A DNA stretch of 44,471 bases, from contig DAIPHL010000001.1 in NCBI GenBank assembly GCA_036771375.1, forward strand, positions 1 through 44,471, written 5' to 3'. This DNA comes from Synergistaceae bacterium (GTDB taxonomy: Bacteria > Synergistota > Synergistia > Synergistales > Synergistaceae). Both the position numbers and the translations under genes were made by a program. A model generated the notes under the pieces. It saw only the letters and a list, made by a program, of their open reading frames with translations. It made no database searches and was not told the DNA's origin. Shown piece by piece: positions 36,223 to 44,471 of the stretch; position 1 is the first letter of the stretch, and every line of letters begins with the position of its first letter.

Positions 36223-37773
36223 TCAGCCCAGAATCTTCTTCAGGTCCTCCGCGGGCGTGGAGATGGGGGTCACGTTCCACTTCTCCACGATCGCGTTCAG
36301 GATGTTCGGCGACAGAAACGCGGGCAGCGTCGGGCCGATATAGATGTTTTTGATGCCGAGCGCCAGAAGCGTCAACAGGATACAGACCGCCTTCTGTTCA
36401 TACCAGGAGAGGACGAGGGTCAAAGGCAGATCGTTCACGCCACATTGAAAGGCCTCCGCCAGCGCCGTGGCCACCTTGATCGCGCTGTACGCGTCGTTGC
36501 ACTGTCCCATATCCATGATGCGGGGCAGGCCGCCGATCTCCCCGATGTCGAGGTCGTTGAAGCGGAACTTCCCACACGCGAGCGTCAGGACGACCGTGTC
36601 CCTGGGGGTTTGCTTGACGAACTCGGTGTAGTAGTTGCGCCCCACGGCAGCACCGTCGCAGCCTCCGACGAGGAAGAAGTGTTTGATCGCACCCGCCTTG
36701 ACCGCGTCGATCACCTTGTCCGCGACGGAGAGCACCGTCCCGTGGCCGAACCCCACCGTCAACGTGTCCCCACCGTTGATACCGGTCATCTTCCGCCCCT
36801 CGGGGTATCCGCCCAGCTCGATCGCCTTTTGGATGACCGGGGAAAAGTCCTTCTCGCCGCCGATATGGGTCATCCCCGGATAGGCGACGACCGACGTCGT
36901 GAAGATCCTGTCCTTGTAGCTCTCCTTGACCGGCATGATGCAGTTGGTCGTGAAGAGCACCGGGGCGGGAAGGGCGTCGAACTCCTTCTGTTGATTCTGC
37001 CATGCCGTGCCGAAATTTCCCTTGAGATGGGCGAACGCCTTCAGTTTCGGGTAGGCATGGCAGGGGAGCATCTCTCCGTGTGTGTAGATGTTGACGCCCT
37101 TGCCCTCGGTCTGTTTCAGAAGCAGAGACAGATCGTGCAGATCGTGCCCGGAGACCACGATGAACGGCCCCGGCTCGATGTTCGTCGACACCTTCGTGGG
37201 AACGGGCGTACCGTAGGTCTCCGTGTTCGCTCTGTCGAGCAGCTCCATGCACTTGAGGTTGACGTCGCCGGTCTCGAGGACCAACGCCAGCAGCTCGTCG
37301 GGGTCGTCGTTGTCCGCGATGGCGGCAAGCCCTCTCGCAAAGAATCCGTTCACCTCGTCGTCGACGTATCCGAGCACCTCGGCGTGATGGGCATAGGCGG
37401 CCATTCCCTTGAGGCCGAAGAGGATCAGCGATTTGAGGCTGCGGATGTCTTCGTTGTCCGTCCAGAGCGTCTGCATATCCATCTCAGCCGTATCCGGGAA
37501 CTTTTTGCGCATCGCGTCCAGCTCGTTGCACCATCTTTCGATGTCCGGATCGTCGAAGTTCACGTTCGTGATCGTCACGAACAGGCTGTTGACGATCAAC
37601 CTCTCGGCCTCCCTGTCTCCCTTTCCGAGGGACGCCTTGGCGAGCGCCACGGTTTTCCCCAGCAGCCTGTCCTGCAGGTTGGCGGTCGGCGCTTTTTTAC
37701 CGCATACACCCGCCACGGTACAACCCTGGTTTTTCGCCGTTTGCTGACACTGAAAGCAGAACATGTTCGACAT
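36223..37773 (-). CDS. hcp: hybrid cluster protein / hydroxylamine reductase
   Basis: N-terminal CxxC-x8-C-x5-C (MFCFQCQQTAKNQGCTVAGVCGK) and Hcp-wide similarity by eye. ATG 37773 follows GGGAGGAA. Confidence 0.9.
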   Translation of the reverse strand: MSNMFCFQCQQTAKNQGCTVAGVCGKKAPTANLQDRLLGKTVALAKASLGKGDREAERLIVNSLFVTITNVNFDDPDIERWCNELDAMRKKFPDTAEMDMQTLWTDNEDIRSLKSLILFGLKGMAAYAHHAEVLGYVDDEVNGFFARGLAAIADNDDPDELLALVLETGDVNLKCMELLDRANTETYGTPVPTKVSTNIEPGPFIVVSGHDLHDLSLLLKQTEGKGVNIYTHGEMLPCHAYPKLKAFAHLKGNFGTAWQNQQKEFDALPAPVLFTTNCIMPVKESYKDRIFTTSVVAYPGMTHIGGEKDFSPVIQKAIELGGYPEGRKMTGINGGDTLTVGFGHGTVLSVADKVIDAVKAGAIKHFFLVGGCDGAAVGRNYYTEFVKQTPRDTVVLTLACGKFRFNDLDIGEIGGLPRIMDMGQCNDAYSAIKVATALAEAFQCGVNDLPLTLVLSWYEQKAVCILLTLLALGIKNIYIGPTLPAFLSPNILNAIVEKWNVTPISTPAEDLKKILG

Positions 37774-37851
37774 TTCAATTCCTCCCTTTTCGTCTGTGTT
37801 TCCCGCGAATTTTCGGAAACGCAAGTACCGCGATTTCCGACAGACCATGTT

Positions 37852-38211
37852 TTACTCCGACGATCCCTCGACGCCCGCACCGAAGACGACCACGAGGAAC
37901 ATCTTGAAGCGTTCGATCGCGTGCACCGCATGCGGCACACGCGAAGGCATGACGATCGACTCTCCGGCCCGAAGCGTGTGCTTTTCTCCGGCGATCGTGA
38001 TCTCGCCGCTTCCGTCCAGAGCGACGACCAGCGCGTCTCCCTCCGATTCGTGCGTGCCGATCTCCTCGCCTTTTTCGAAGGCGAAGAGGGTGAGGCTCAC
38101 GTGTTCGTTCTGAGCCAGGGTCTTGCTGACGATCTGCCCGGGCTGGTAATCCACCTCTTCCGCAAAGGACAGAACCTTCGCGTGCTCCACGTTCTTCACA
38201 TATCTCTCCAT
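37852..38211 (-). CDS. cupin domain protein
   Basis: 119 aa. Cupin core GTHESEGDALVVALDGSGEITIAGEKHTLRAGESIVMPSRVPHAV. Confidence 0.8.
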   Translation of the reverse strand: MERYVKNVEHAKVLSFAEEVDYQPGQIVSKTLAQNEHVSLTLFAFEKGEEIGTHESEGDALVVALDGSGEITIAGEKHTLRAGESIVMPSRVPHAVHAIERFKMFLVVVFGAGVEGSSE

Positions 38212-38227
38212 CGTCGAGTCCTCCTCT

Positions 38228-38944
38228 TCAGTCCTCCAGGACCTCTCCGTCCGTGGATATGACGACGATCCTCCACGGTATCGTCTTGCCGCTCTCCTTC
38301 AGTGCGCTCCTTACGGCGTTCACGATTCCCCCGCAACATGGCACCTCCATGCGCACCACCGTCACGCTTTTGATGTCGTTGTTCTTCAGAATCGCCGTCA
38401 GTTTCTCCGCGTAATCCCCTTCATCCAGCTTCGGACAGCCGATCAGGGTAATGCGGTTTTTCATGAACCGTTCATGAAAGGCGCCGTGGGAAAAAGCCGT
38501 GCAGTCGGCGGCGACGAGCAGATTCGCACCCTCGAAATACGGCGCATTCACGGGAACGAGCTTGATCTGCACCGGCCACTGGTTCAGCCGGCTCGGCGTT
38601 GCGCTCCCGGTGCCGCTTGTCGAAACCGGGACGGAGGTCTTCTCTTCACGCCGGATCGCGTGTGCGTTCGATCCGGGACATCCTCCCATCGGCACCTTCC
38701 TCCCTGACGCCGCCATGCGAGCCTTGACCGCGGCTTCGTCGTACTCGGCCGCCTCCCGCTCCTCGAAGGCAATGGCCCCGGTCGGACACACCGGCAGACA
38801 GTCTCCCAGACCATCGCAGTAATCGTCCCGAAGCAACCTCGCCTTTCCGTCCACCATCCCGATCGCCCCTTCGTGACAGGCCTCCGCGCAGAGCCCGCAC
38901 CCATTGCATTTTTCTTCCTCTATTTTCACGATCCTGCGCTTCAT
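38228..38944 (-). CDS. 4Fe-4S dicluster ferredoxin-like protein with Cys-rich C-terminal domain
   Basis: Two CxxCxxCxxxC(P) motifs (CNGCGLCAEAC, CDGLGDCLPVCP). The C-terminal domain carries ADCTAF, GCPKLD and VPCCGG. It is the first gene of the hcp operon. Confidence 0.8.
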   Translation of the reverse strand: MKRRIVKIEEEKCNGCGLCAEACHEGAIGMVDGKARLLRDDYCDGLGDCLPVCPTGAIAFEEREAAEYDEAAVKARMAASGRKVPMGGCPGSNAHAIRREEKTSVPVSTSGTGSATPSRLNQWPVQIKLVPVNAPYFEGANLLVAADCTAFSHGAFHERFMKNRITLIGCPKLDEGDYAEKLTAILKNNDIKSVTVVRMEVPCCGGIVNAVRSALKESGKTIPWRIVVISTDGEVLED

Positions 38945-39024
38945 CTTCTTCCTCTCTCTCCAGGCCCTCGCGTGTTCATGATCGCTTGACCTTGTAGGCG
39001 GAGTTTACTATACTGAAGCACGGC

Positions 39025-39780
39025 ATGTCGTTGTTTTTACAACAAACAAGGGGTGTGTGCAAAATTTTCGATCTCTCGAAAATACCCGAAAACGTACGTC
39101 TCTTCGACGGCATCGAGGGCTCCGAGCTCGCCGACCTGCTCGATTGTATGGGAGCGAGGGTCGTGTCCTATGCAAGAGAGCAATTCGTCTTCCTGGCCGG
39201 CGACCCGGTCTCCGGGATGGGGATCGTGTGCAGCGGAAGCGTACAGGTCGTGAGGGAGGACGTCTTCGGCAACCGCGCGATTCTGGCGAAATTGCAGGAA
39301 GGCGATCTCTTCGGCGAAGTCTTCGCCTGCGCCGGAGTAGAGAGACTTCCCGTGAGCGTCGTCGCGATGGAGGCGGCACAAATCCTGCTCGTCGACTTTC
39401 GCAAGATCGTCTCCACCTGCTCCTCGAACTGCCCTTTTCACGGCAGGCTCATCGAAAACATGCTCGGCATACTCGCGGATAAAAACCTCATGCTCAACCG
39501 CAAAATCGAGGCTCTCTCGGCCAGAAGCACACGCGGAAAATTGCTGGCATTCCTCGACGCACAGGCACGAACGGCCGGAAGCCGACACTTTCGAATCCCG
39601 TTCAACAGACAGGAGCTCGCCGACTACCTCTCTGTGGACAGAAGCGCGATGTCCGCGGAGCTCGGGAAGATGCGGGACGAAGGACTGCTTCGATTCCGCA
39701 GGGACGAATTCGAGCTCTTAAAACCGGAGGGCACGTCAGGGGAAGCGCCCTTCTTCCCCTCTTTCGATTCTTCCGCTTGA
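39025..39780 (+). CDS. Crp/Fnr family transcriptional regulator (HcpR-like by context)
   Basis: cNMP-binding beta-roll (LFDGIEGSELADLL...GDLFGEVFA) and a C-terminal HTH (RQELADYLSVDRSAMSAELGKMRDEGLL). Divergent from the hcp operon. Confidence 0.85.
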   Translation: MSLFLQQTRGVCKIFDLSKIPENVRLFDGIEGSELADLLDCMGARVVSYAREQFVFLAGDPVSGMGIVCSGSVQVVREDVFGNRAILAKLQEGDLFGEVFACAGVERLPVSVVAMEAAQILLVDFRKIVSTCSSNCPFHGRLIENMLGILADKNLMLNRKIEALSARSTRGKLLAFLDAQARTAGSRHFRIPFNRQELADYLSVDRSAMSAELGKMRDEGLLRFRRDEFELLKPEGTSGEAPFFPSFDSSA

Positions 39781-39835
39781 CTCTCCCACCGCGGGAGACG
39801 TTACGATACACACACGAGAAAGGTGGTCCACCCGT

Positions 39836-40657
39836 TTGAAGAATTTCCTGACGATCGGCGAGTTCTCGAAAATCGTCAACCTGTCGGTGAAGACGCTTCG
39901 CCTCTACGCGGACGAAGACGTACTCCGCCCCGCTCGCATCGACGAAAAGACAGGATACCGGTACTACCTGGCGAGCCAGCTCTCCGAAGCGATGCGGGTA
40001 CGGCGTCTTCGCGATCTCGACGTCCCTCTCGCGGAGATCGTGGCGTTTCTCGGCAAGCGCGACCCGAACGAAATTCGGGAGTTCCTGGAGCGTCAAAAGG
40101 CGATCATTCGGAAAAAACTCGCAAAGAGCGAACGGGATCTCGCCTTTCTTGAAAAACTCTCAATGGAAGGGGAGGCGTTTTTCTTGTCCTACGAGGTCGT
40201 TTTGCGCGAAGTGAAACCGGTGAAGGTCATGTCCGTGAGAAGCGCGATGACGATGAAAAACATCGGCGAGGCCATGCACAGGGATTTCGAGGAGCTGGTG
40301 CAGTACATCGAGCGTTCGGGCGGCATTCGCACGGGAGAGTGCGTCGCGGTCTACCACGGAGAGGAGTTCGACCCAAACGATATGGATGTGGAGTCCTGCC
40401 TCTCCGTCGAGGAGTTCCTGCCCCGTTCCGGCCGGATCAATGGACGGATCCTGGAGGGCGGGTTGATGGCGTGCACGTTGCACAAGGGACCCTACGATCA
40501 ACTGGAGGGCGCCTACGGCGCGCTCGCGAAGTGGGTGGAGGAAAACGGCTACGCCTTCGCCGGGGCGCCTCGCGACATGTATCTCGACAATCCGGACGAA
40601 GTTCCTCCGGCCGAGCTCCGCACCGAGGTCCTCTGGCCGGTCAAAAGACGAGGCTGA
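39836..40657 (+). CDS. MerR family regulator with GyrI-like effector-binding domain
   Basis: TTG start after GAAAGGTGG. MerR HTH (LTIGEFSKIVNLSVKTLRLYADEDVL), coiled coil, then a GyrI-like/SRPBCC-type C-terminal domain (BmrR-like architecture). Confidence 0.85.
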   Translation: MKNFLTIGEFSKIVNLSVKTLRLYADEDVLRPARIDEKTGYRYYLASQLSEAMRVRRLRDLDVPLAEIVAFLGKRDPNEIREFLERQKAIIRKKLAKSERDLAFLEKLSMEGEAFFLSYEVVLREVKPVKVMSVRSAMTMKNIGEAMHRDFEELVQYIERSGGIRTGECVAVYHGEEFDPNDMDVESCLSVEEFLPRSGRINGRILEGGLMACTLHKGPYDQLEGAYGALAKWVEENGYAFAGAPRDMYLDNPDEVPPAELRTEVLWPVKRRG

Positions 40658-40742
40658 GACACCCGAGACAGCCAAACACTCCGTCGGGGCCGGGAGCGCG
40701 TAACGCCAACCAGGGCGAAGGCTTCCGGCCCCGACGGTCGTT

Positions 40743-41657
40743 TCAATCGTCTTCGTCGCGGACAGTCGATTTTTTGAGGAAGATCTCCATCTCCGAGGTC
40801 AAAACCCCGAAGAAGATGACAAGCCCGCCGATGGCCCCCTGGAGCACGAAGGGATCCTGGCCGGAAAGCACCGAGATCATGTAGCCGAACAGGGATTCGA
40901 GCGACAGAATGATCGCCGCGTGGGAGGCGGAGGTGTTTTTCTGGGCTCTGGTCTGCATCACGAAGCAGAGAACCGTGTTGAAGATGCCGAGAAACACGAT
41001 CTCCGCCCACAGCTTCAAAGAGAGGGAGAAAAGGTCGATCGGCCCTTCGAAGAGCAGCGCGGTCGCGGCCATCATGACGCCGACCAGCGGAAGCTGGATG
41101 ACCACGAGCGTCGTCGGTTCCGCCCGTTTGACCATGTATTCGATGACGATCACCATCGACGCGTACAGGATGCACATGAGGATGTTCAGAAAATCTCCGT
41201 AGTTGAACAGCATCCCCGGAGAAAAGCCCATGACGAGCATCCCGACCGTGGCCATGGCCGCGCCGAGGAAGACCAGCCCATGGGGACGAACCCGGCTGAC
41301 GCCCCACGCCATGAACGGAACCATGAGGACCGACGTTCCGATGATGAAGGCCTGCTTGCTGGCTGTACTGTATATCAGCGCAAAGCCCATCAAGGTGTAG
41401 ATCAGGGACACGAGGACCGCGAGCATCACGCCGTACTTCCACTCGATCCGCGAGGCGCGGAGGGCTTTTTTCGGATGGATTGCCAGGATCACCATACCCG
41501 CAAGACCCATCCTCACCGCGCTCCCCCATATCGGCGTCATAGCCCGGATCAGGTCCGCGGAGAGCGGAATCCCCAGCCCCCATATGAACGCGACGGCGAC
41601 CAGCGTCGCATCCGCCGTCAACGCTCTGCGTTTTTCAGAGGTCGTTTTCGAAAACAT
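40743..41657 (-). CDS. EamA/DMT family transporter
   Basis: About 304 aa with 10 predicted TM helices and two EamA-like halves. ORF 40743-41861 trimmed to ATG 41657, 6 nt after GAAAGG. Confidence 0.8.
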   Translation of the reverse strand: MFSKTTSEKRRALTADATLVAVAFIWGLGIPLSADLIRAMTPIWGSAVRMGLAGMVILAIHPKKALRASRIEWKYGVMLAVLVSLIYTLMGFALIYSTASKQAFIIGTSVLMVPFMAWGVSRVRPHGLVFLGAAMATVGMLVMGFSPGMLFNYGDFLNILMCILYASMVIVIEYMVKRAEPTTLVVIQLPLVGVMMAATALLFEGPIDLFSLSLKLWAEIVFLGIFNTVLCFVMQTRAQKNTSASHAAIILSLESLFGYMISVLSGQDPFVLQGAIGGLVIFFGVLTSEMEIFLKKSTVRDEDD

Positions 41658-41754
41658 CGGCATCCTTTCATAGCGCTCCATGCATGATGATAAAATGATA
41701 TCATACAGTCTTTCGTGTTTTCGAAACATACGCAACGGAGGTCGACGGGCTACG

Positions 41755-43302
41755 ATGAAACAGGTAAGCATCTTCAACAACGTACTCGGACCGGTCATGC
41801 GGGGTCCTTCCAGCTCGCACACAGCCGGATCGTACCACATCGGACGCGCCGCGCGGGACATCCTCGGCGAGACGCCCGTCGCCGCTTCGATCGAATTCGA
41901 CGAACGGGGCTCCTATGCAAAGGTCTACGCGGAGCAGGGAAGCGACAGGGCTTTCCTCTGCGGGTTGATGGACTGGGATCTGCTCGGCGAGGCATTTTAC
42001 GATGCGGCCGACCGGGCCACACGGGAGTCGCGCCGGATTCGCTTCGGCACGGGACGCTTCGAAGAGGCCTCGCACCCGAACTGGGTACGCCTCACGATGT
42101 CCGGCCAAAGAAACGACACACAGGCCCGCGTAACCGCGGCCTCGACCGGAGGCGGCTCCATTCGGATCTTCGACGTGGACGGGTTTCCCGTCGACCTGAA
42201 GGGAGACCGCTGGACGACCCTCGTCAGGCTCGACGCCGAACGTTTGGATTCCGCCGTCCGTTTCCTCGAACGCCACGGAGAGGCAACTGTTTCGGAGAAA
42301 ATCGTGTCCGAGCGCGCTCTCATCGCTCTGAACCGCTCTTCCCAGCTGCCGGCAGAGGTGATGGAGGCGCTGAAACGAACGTTCGAAGCTCACTGCGCGA
42401 CGATTCGTCCCATCTCCTTTCCCCTTGCGGGGAAAGCTCTTTTCGAGAACGCTCGTGAAATGGAATCGTACGCACGCGAGAGGAAGCTCTCTCTCGGACA
42501 AGCGGCCCTCGCATACGAATGCGCGCTTCTCGGCATGACGCAAGACGACGCCATACAAGAGATGGGCAGGCGCTATGCGATCATGAAGGACGCCTGCGAA
42601 CGAAGCCTCTCGGGGAAATTCGCCTTTTCGATGCAGCTCCTACGCCCTTTTGCACACCGGATATTCGAGTCCGGGCAATCGGGCAAGCTGCCGTTTTTTG
42701 GCCCGCATGGACGTGCGGCCGCGCGTGCGATGGCGCTGATGCACGCAAACAACGCGATGGACGTGGTCTGCGCGGCGCCGACGGGTGGAGCGGCGGGCGC
42801 GCTTCCCGGAGCGGTGATCACACTCGAGGAGGAGTTCGGTTTGTCCCCCGACAAGGTCTGCCTTGCGCTCTTCGCCGCCGGTGCGGTCGGTATGGTTTTG
42901 GACACGAGGGCCACCTTCGCGGCGGAGGTCGCAGGCTGCCAGGTCGAGATCGGAGCGGGGGGCGCGATGGCCGCCGCGGCGACCGTCGAAGCGGCCGGAG
43001 GAACGCCTGCACAGGCATTCGATGCCGCCGCGATTTCCTTTCAGAACACGATGGGCTCGGTCTGTGACCTGGTACAGGGCATGGTCGAGATCCCCTGTCA
43101 CACCCGAAACGCGGTCGCCGCCGCATCGGCGTTCGTCTGCGCCGACCTCGTGATGGGCGGCTACGAAAACCCCATTCCACTCGACGAGACCGTGGACGCG
43201 GTCTATCAGGTCGGCAGAATGCTGCCCGTGGAGTTACGCTGCACGGCTTTGGCCGGCCTCGCCACATGCCCCTCCGCTCTCGCCATGAAACGATTGCGAT
43301 AA
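41755..43302 (+). CDS. sdaA: iron-sulfur-dependent L-serine dehydratase, fused beta-alpha single chain
   Basis: N-terminal SIFNNVLGPVMRGPSSSHTAG (beta signature). Alpha-domain motifs APTGGAAGALPGAV, AGCQVEIGAGGAMAAA and GSVCDLVQGMVEIPCHTRNA. ATG 41755 after AACGGAGG. Confidence 0.85.
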   Translation: MKQVSIFNNVLGPVMRGPSSSHTAGSYHIGRAARDILGETPVAASIEFDERGSYAKVYAEQGSDRAFLCGLMDWDLLGEAFYDAADRATRESRRIRFGTGRFEEASHPNWVRLTMSGQRNDTQARVTAASTGGGSIRIFDVDGFPVDLKGDRWTTLVRLDAERLDSAVRFLERHGEATVSEKIVSERALIALNRSSQLPAEVMEALKRTFEAHCATIRPISFPLAGKALFENAREMESYARERKLSLGQAALAYECALLGMTQDDAIQEMGRRYAIMKDACERSLSGKFAFSMQLLRPFAHRIFESGQSGKLPFFGPHGRAAARAMALMHANNAMDVVCAAPTGGAAGALPGAVITLEEEFGLSPDKVCLALFAAGAVGMVLDTRATFAAEVAGCQVEIGAGGAMAAAATVEAAGGTPAQAFDAAAISFQNTMGSVCDLVQGMVEIPCHTRNAVAAASAFVCADLVMGGYENPIPLDETVDAVYQVGRMLPVELRCTALAGLATCPSALAMKRLR

Positions 43303-43371
43303 CCCCGACCGACGGGGAAGCTCGGGTCGCTCGCCCGTTTTCCCCTCGTCCGAAACGAAACGGCGCCTCTT

Positions 43372-44193
43372 TTATCGCTCCTCCCCGAGCATTTCGGCAA
43401 TGCCATCGCTGTAGGCCTTGGTACGGAGAAAACCTTCTTCGTAACAGTTCTTCACGATCGCCTTGAAAGCCTTCCTCTCCAACGCGTAGAGCTGTCGTAC
43501 CGAGATTCCTCCGGGCGTGCTCGTCTCCGAAAGAAGCCCGCTTATGTCGTCGATGTCCTTCTCCCAGACCTTGAGGCAGCCCTTGACCGTTCCATAGGCG
43601 AGCCGAGCGGAGGTCTCGTGATCGACGCCAAGCAGCAGGGCCGACTCGACGATCGCCTGGAAGAAGGCATAGACCGGTCCGGGACCGGTGAGTGAGGTGA
43701 TCGCATTGATCTTGTCCTCACCCAGCTCCAGACACATCCCCATCGTCGCAAAGATTCGCCGCATGTCGTCTCTTTGGGATTCGCCGACCCTGTCATTGAA
43801 CGCCACCGCGACAACGCCCTCTCCGATGCGACTCGGAGGATTGGGAAGAGCCCGGGCGACCGCCGCGCCGGGTATGTTTTTCTCGTACAGGGACATCGGG
43901 ATTCCCGAGGAGATCGAAACGATCGTCCTTTCTTCAAAAGAATAAGCCCCCAGCGTGCGGGCAAGCGCGACGGCGTCGTCCGAGCGTACGCAGACGAAGA
44001 CATACTCCGCCTGCAGGACGAGAGAGCCGACATTCGAACAGGGGGTGAGGGCATATCGTTCCCTCATGTAGGACATCCTGTCCTCCCTGACGTCGAAGAA
44101 AAAGACGTCGCTCGGTTTCGCCACCTCGCTTTCGACGATCTTCCGTGAAAGGATCTCCGCGATCGTCCCCGAACCGATAAACCCTATTTTCAT
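43372..44193 (-). CDS. proC: pyrroline-5-carboxylate reductase
   Basis: MKIGFIGSGTIAE Rossmann motif and a ProC C-terminal dimerisation domain (TSLTGPGPVYAFFQAIVES, STPGGISV). ATG 44193 after AGAGGGGTGA. Confidence 0.85.
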   Translation of the reverse strand: MKIGFIGSGTIAEILSRKIVESEVAKPSDVFFFDVREDRMSYMRERYALTPCSNVGSLVLQAEYVFVCVRSDDAVALARTLGAYSFEERTIVSISSGIPMSLYEKNIPGAAVARALPNPPSRIGEGVVAVAFNDRVGESQRDDMRRIFATMGMCLELGEDKINAITSLTGPGPVYAFFQAIVESALLLGVDHETSARLAYGTVKGCLKVWEKDIDDISGLLSETSTPGGISVRQLYALERKAFKAIVKNCYEEGFLRTKAYSDGIAEMLGEER

Positions 44194-44471
44194 TCGATTC
44201 ACCCCTCTTATGGATATTATCAAAAAAGTTTTGTAAAACAAAATACTGGTCGGCAAGCGCCATCAAATTGCATTGGTTTTCACTAACAGACATTGTCCCG
44301 CAGTTATAAAATTGATAAAATGAGCCAGACGTTTCGGTAAGTCGAAATGCCCCTGGTTGTGTCACATCCCCATCAGGATACGAATGACTCACTCTGCTTT
44401 ACCATTTGTTCCAGGAGTGGCTGGGCGTGTATACTTCTGAACAATGCAGTACCACAACCGCGACCCCGCAA

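Noticed and set aside
44229-44243. TTTTGT-AAA-ACAAAA palindrome 36 nt upstream of proC, and the AT-richer unassigned tail 44194-44471.
   Set aside because: A 6-bp A/T-rich dyad in an AT-rich promoter region is expected by chance. The tail has short open frames in several phases running to the window edge, but none can be assigned.
1-44471. Scan for CRISPR arrays, rRNA/tRNA genes, IS elements, integrases and known defence-system gene signatures.
   Set aside because: I saw no spaced repeat arrays, no tRNA-like T-arm/acceptor combinations outside coding regions, and no transposase, integrase, nuclease or helicase type ORFs. A by-eye scan cannot exclude small ncRNAs.

Overview
GC-rich bacterial chromosomal segment. 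The gene order resembles Firmicutes/Synergistetes-type genomes, but the taxon cannot be fixed from sequence alone. I recognised no rRNA, tRNA, CRISPR array, transposase or integrase.

Layout:
(1) 1-3181, minus strand: a terminator-isolated operon of at least three unassignable proteins.
(2) 3268-14584, minus strand: a long co-directional heat-shock/translation array, hrcA-grpE-dnaK-dnaJ-prmA-rsmE-mtaB-[atypical Hsp70 + J-domain/HEAT protein]-rpsU-yqeY. It is headed by a TTGACA-17-TAATCT promoter and a perfect CIRCE operator.
(3) 14813-15325: tpx, followed by a small ORF.
(4) 16041-21264: a complete fructose PTS operon (EIIA-HPr-EI fusion, fruK, fruA).
(5) 21501-23775: CoA-disulfide-reductase-like flavoprotein with a rhodanese tail, divergent from a TIGR04076-like small Cys protein.
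(6) about 23.9-28.7 kb: a visibly AT-richer island. It carries a MerR/Trm112-like/methyltransferase-like regulator, a PutP-like Na+ symporter translationally coupled to a Cys-His-Glu class-I-amidotransferase-like protein, a small ORF and a short repeat array.
(7) 28674-35020: an amino-acid (lysine-flavoured) cluster of NhaC-family transporter, saccharopine-dehydrogenase-family protein, Lrp/AsnC regulator, DAACS symporter and lysA.
(8) Sir2/CobB deacylase.
(9) hcp cluster (ferredoxin-like, cupin, hcp) with a divergent Crp/Fnr regulator.
(10) MerR/GyrI-like regulator, EamA transporter, fused L-serine dehydratase and proC.

The most interesting unexplained content is the AT-rich regulator/symporter/amidohydrolase island, the extra Hsp70/J-HEAT pair inserted into the conserved operon, and the unassignable left-end operon. 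All functional calls come from motif recognition by eye. No database search was run.
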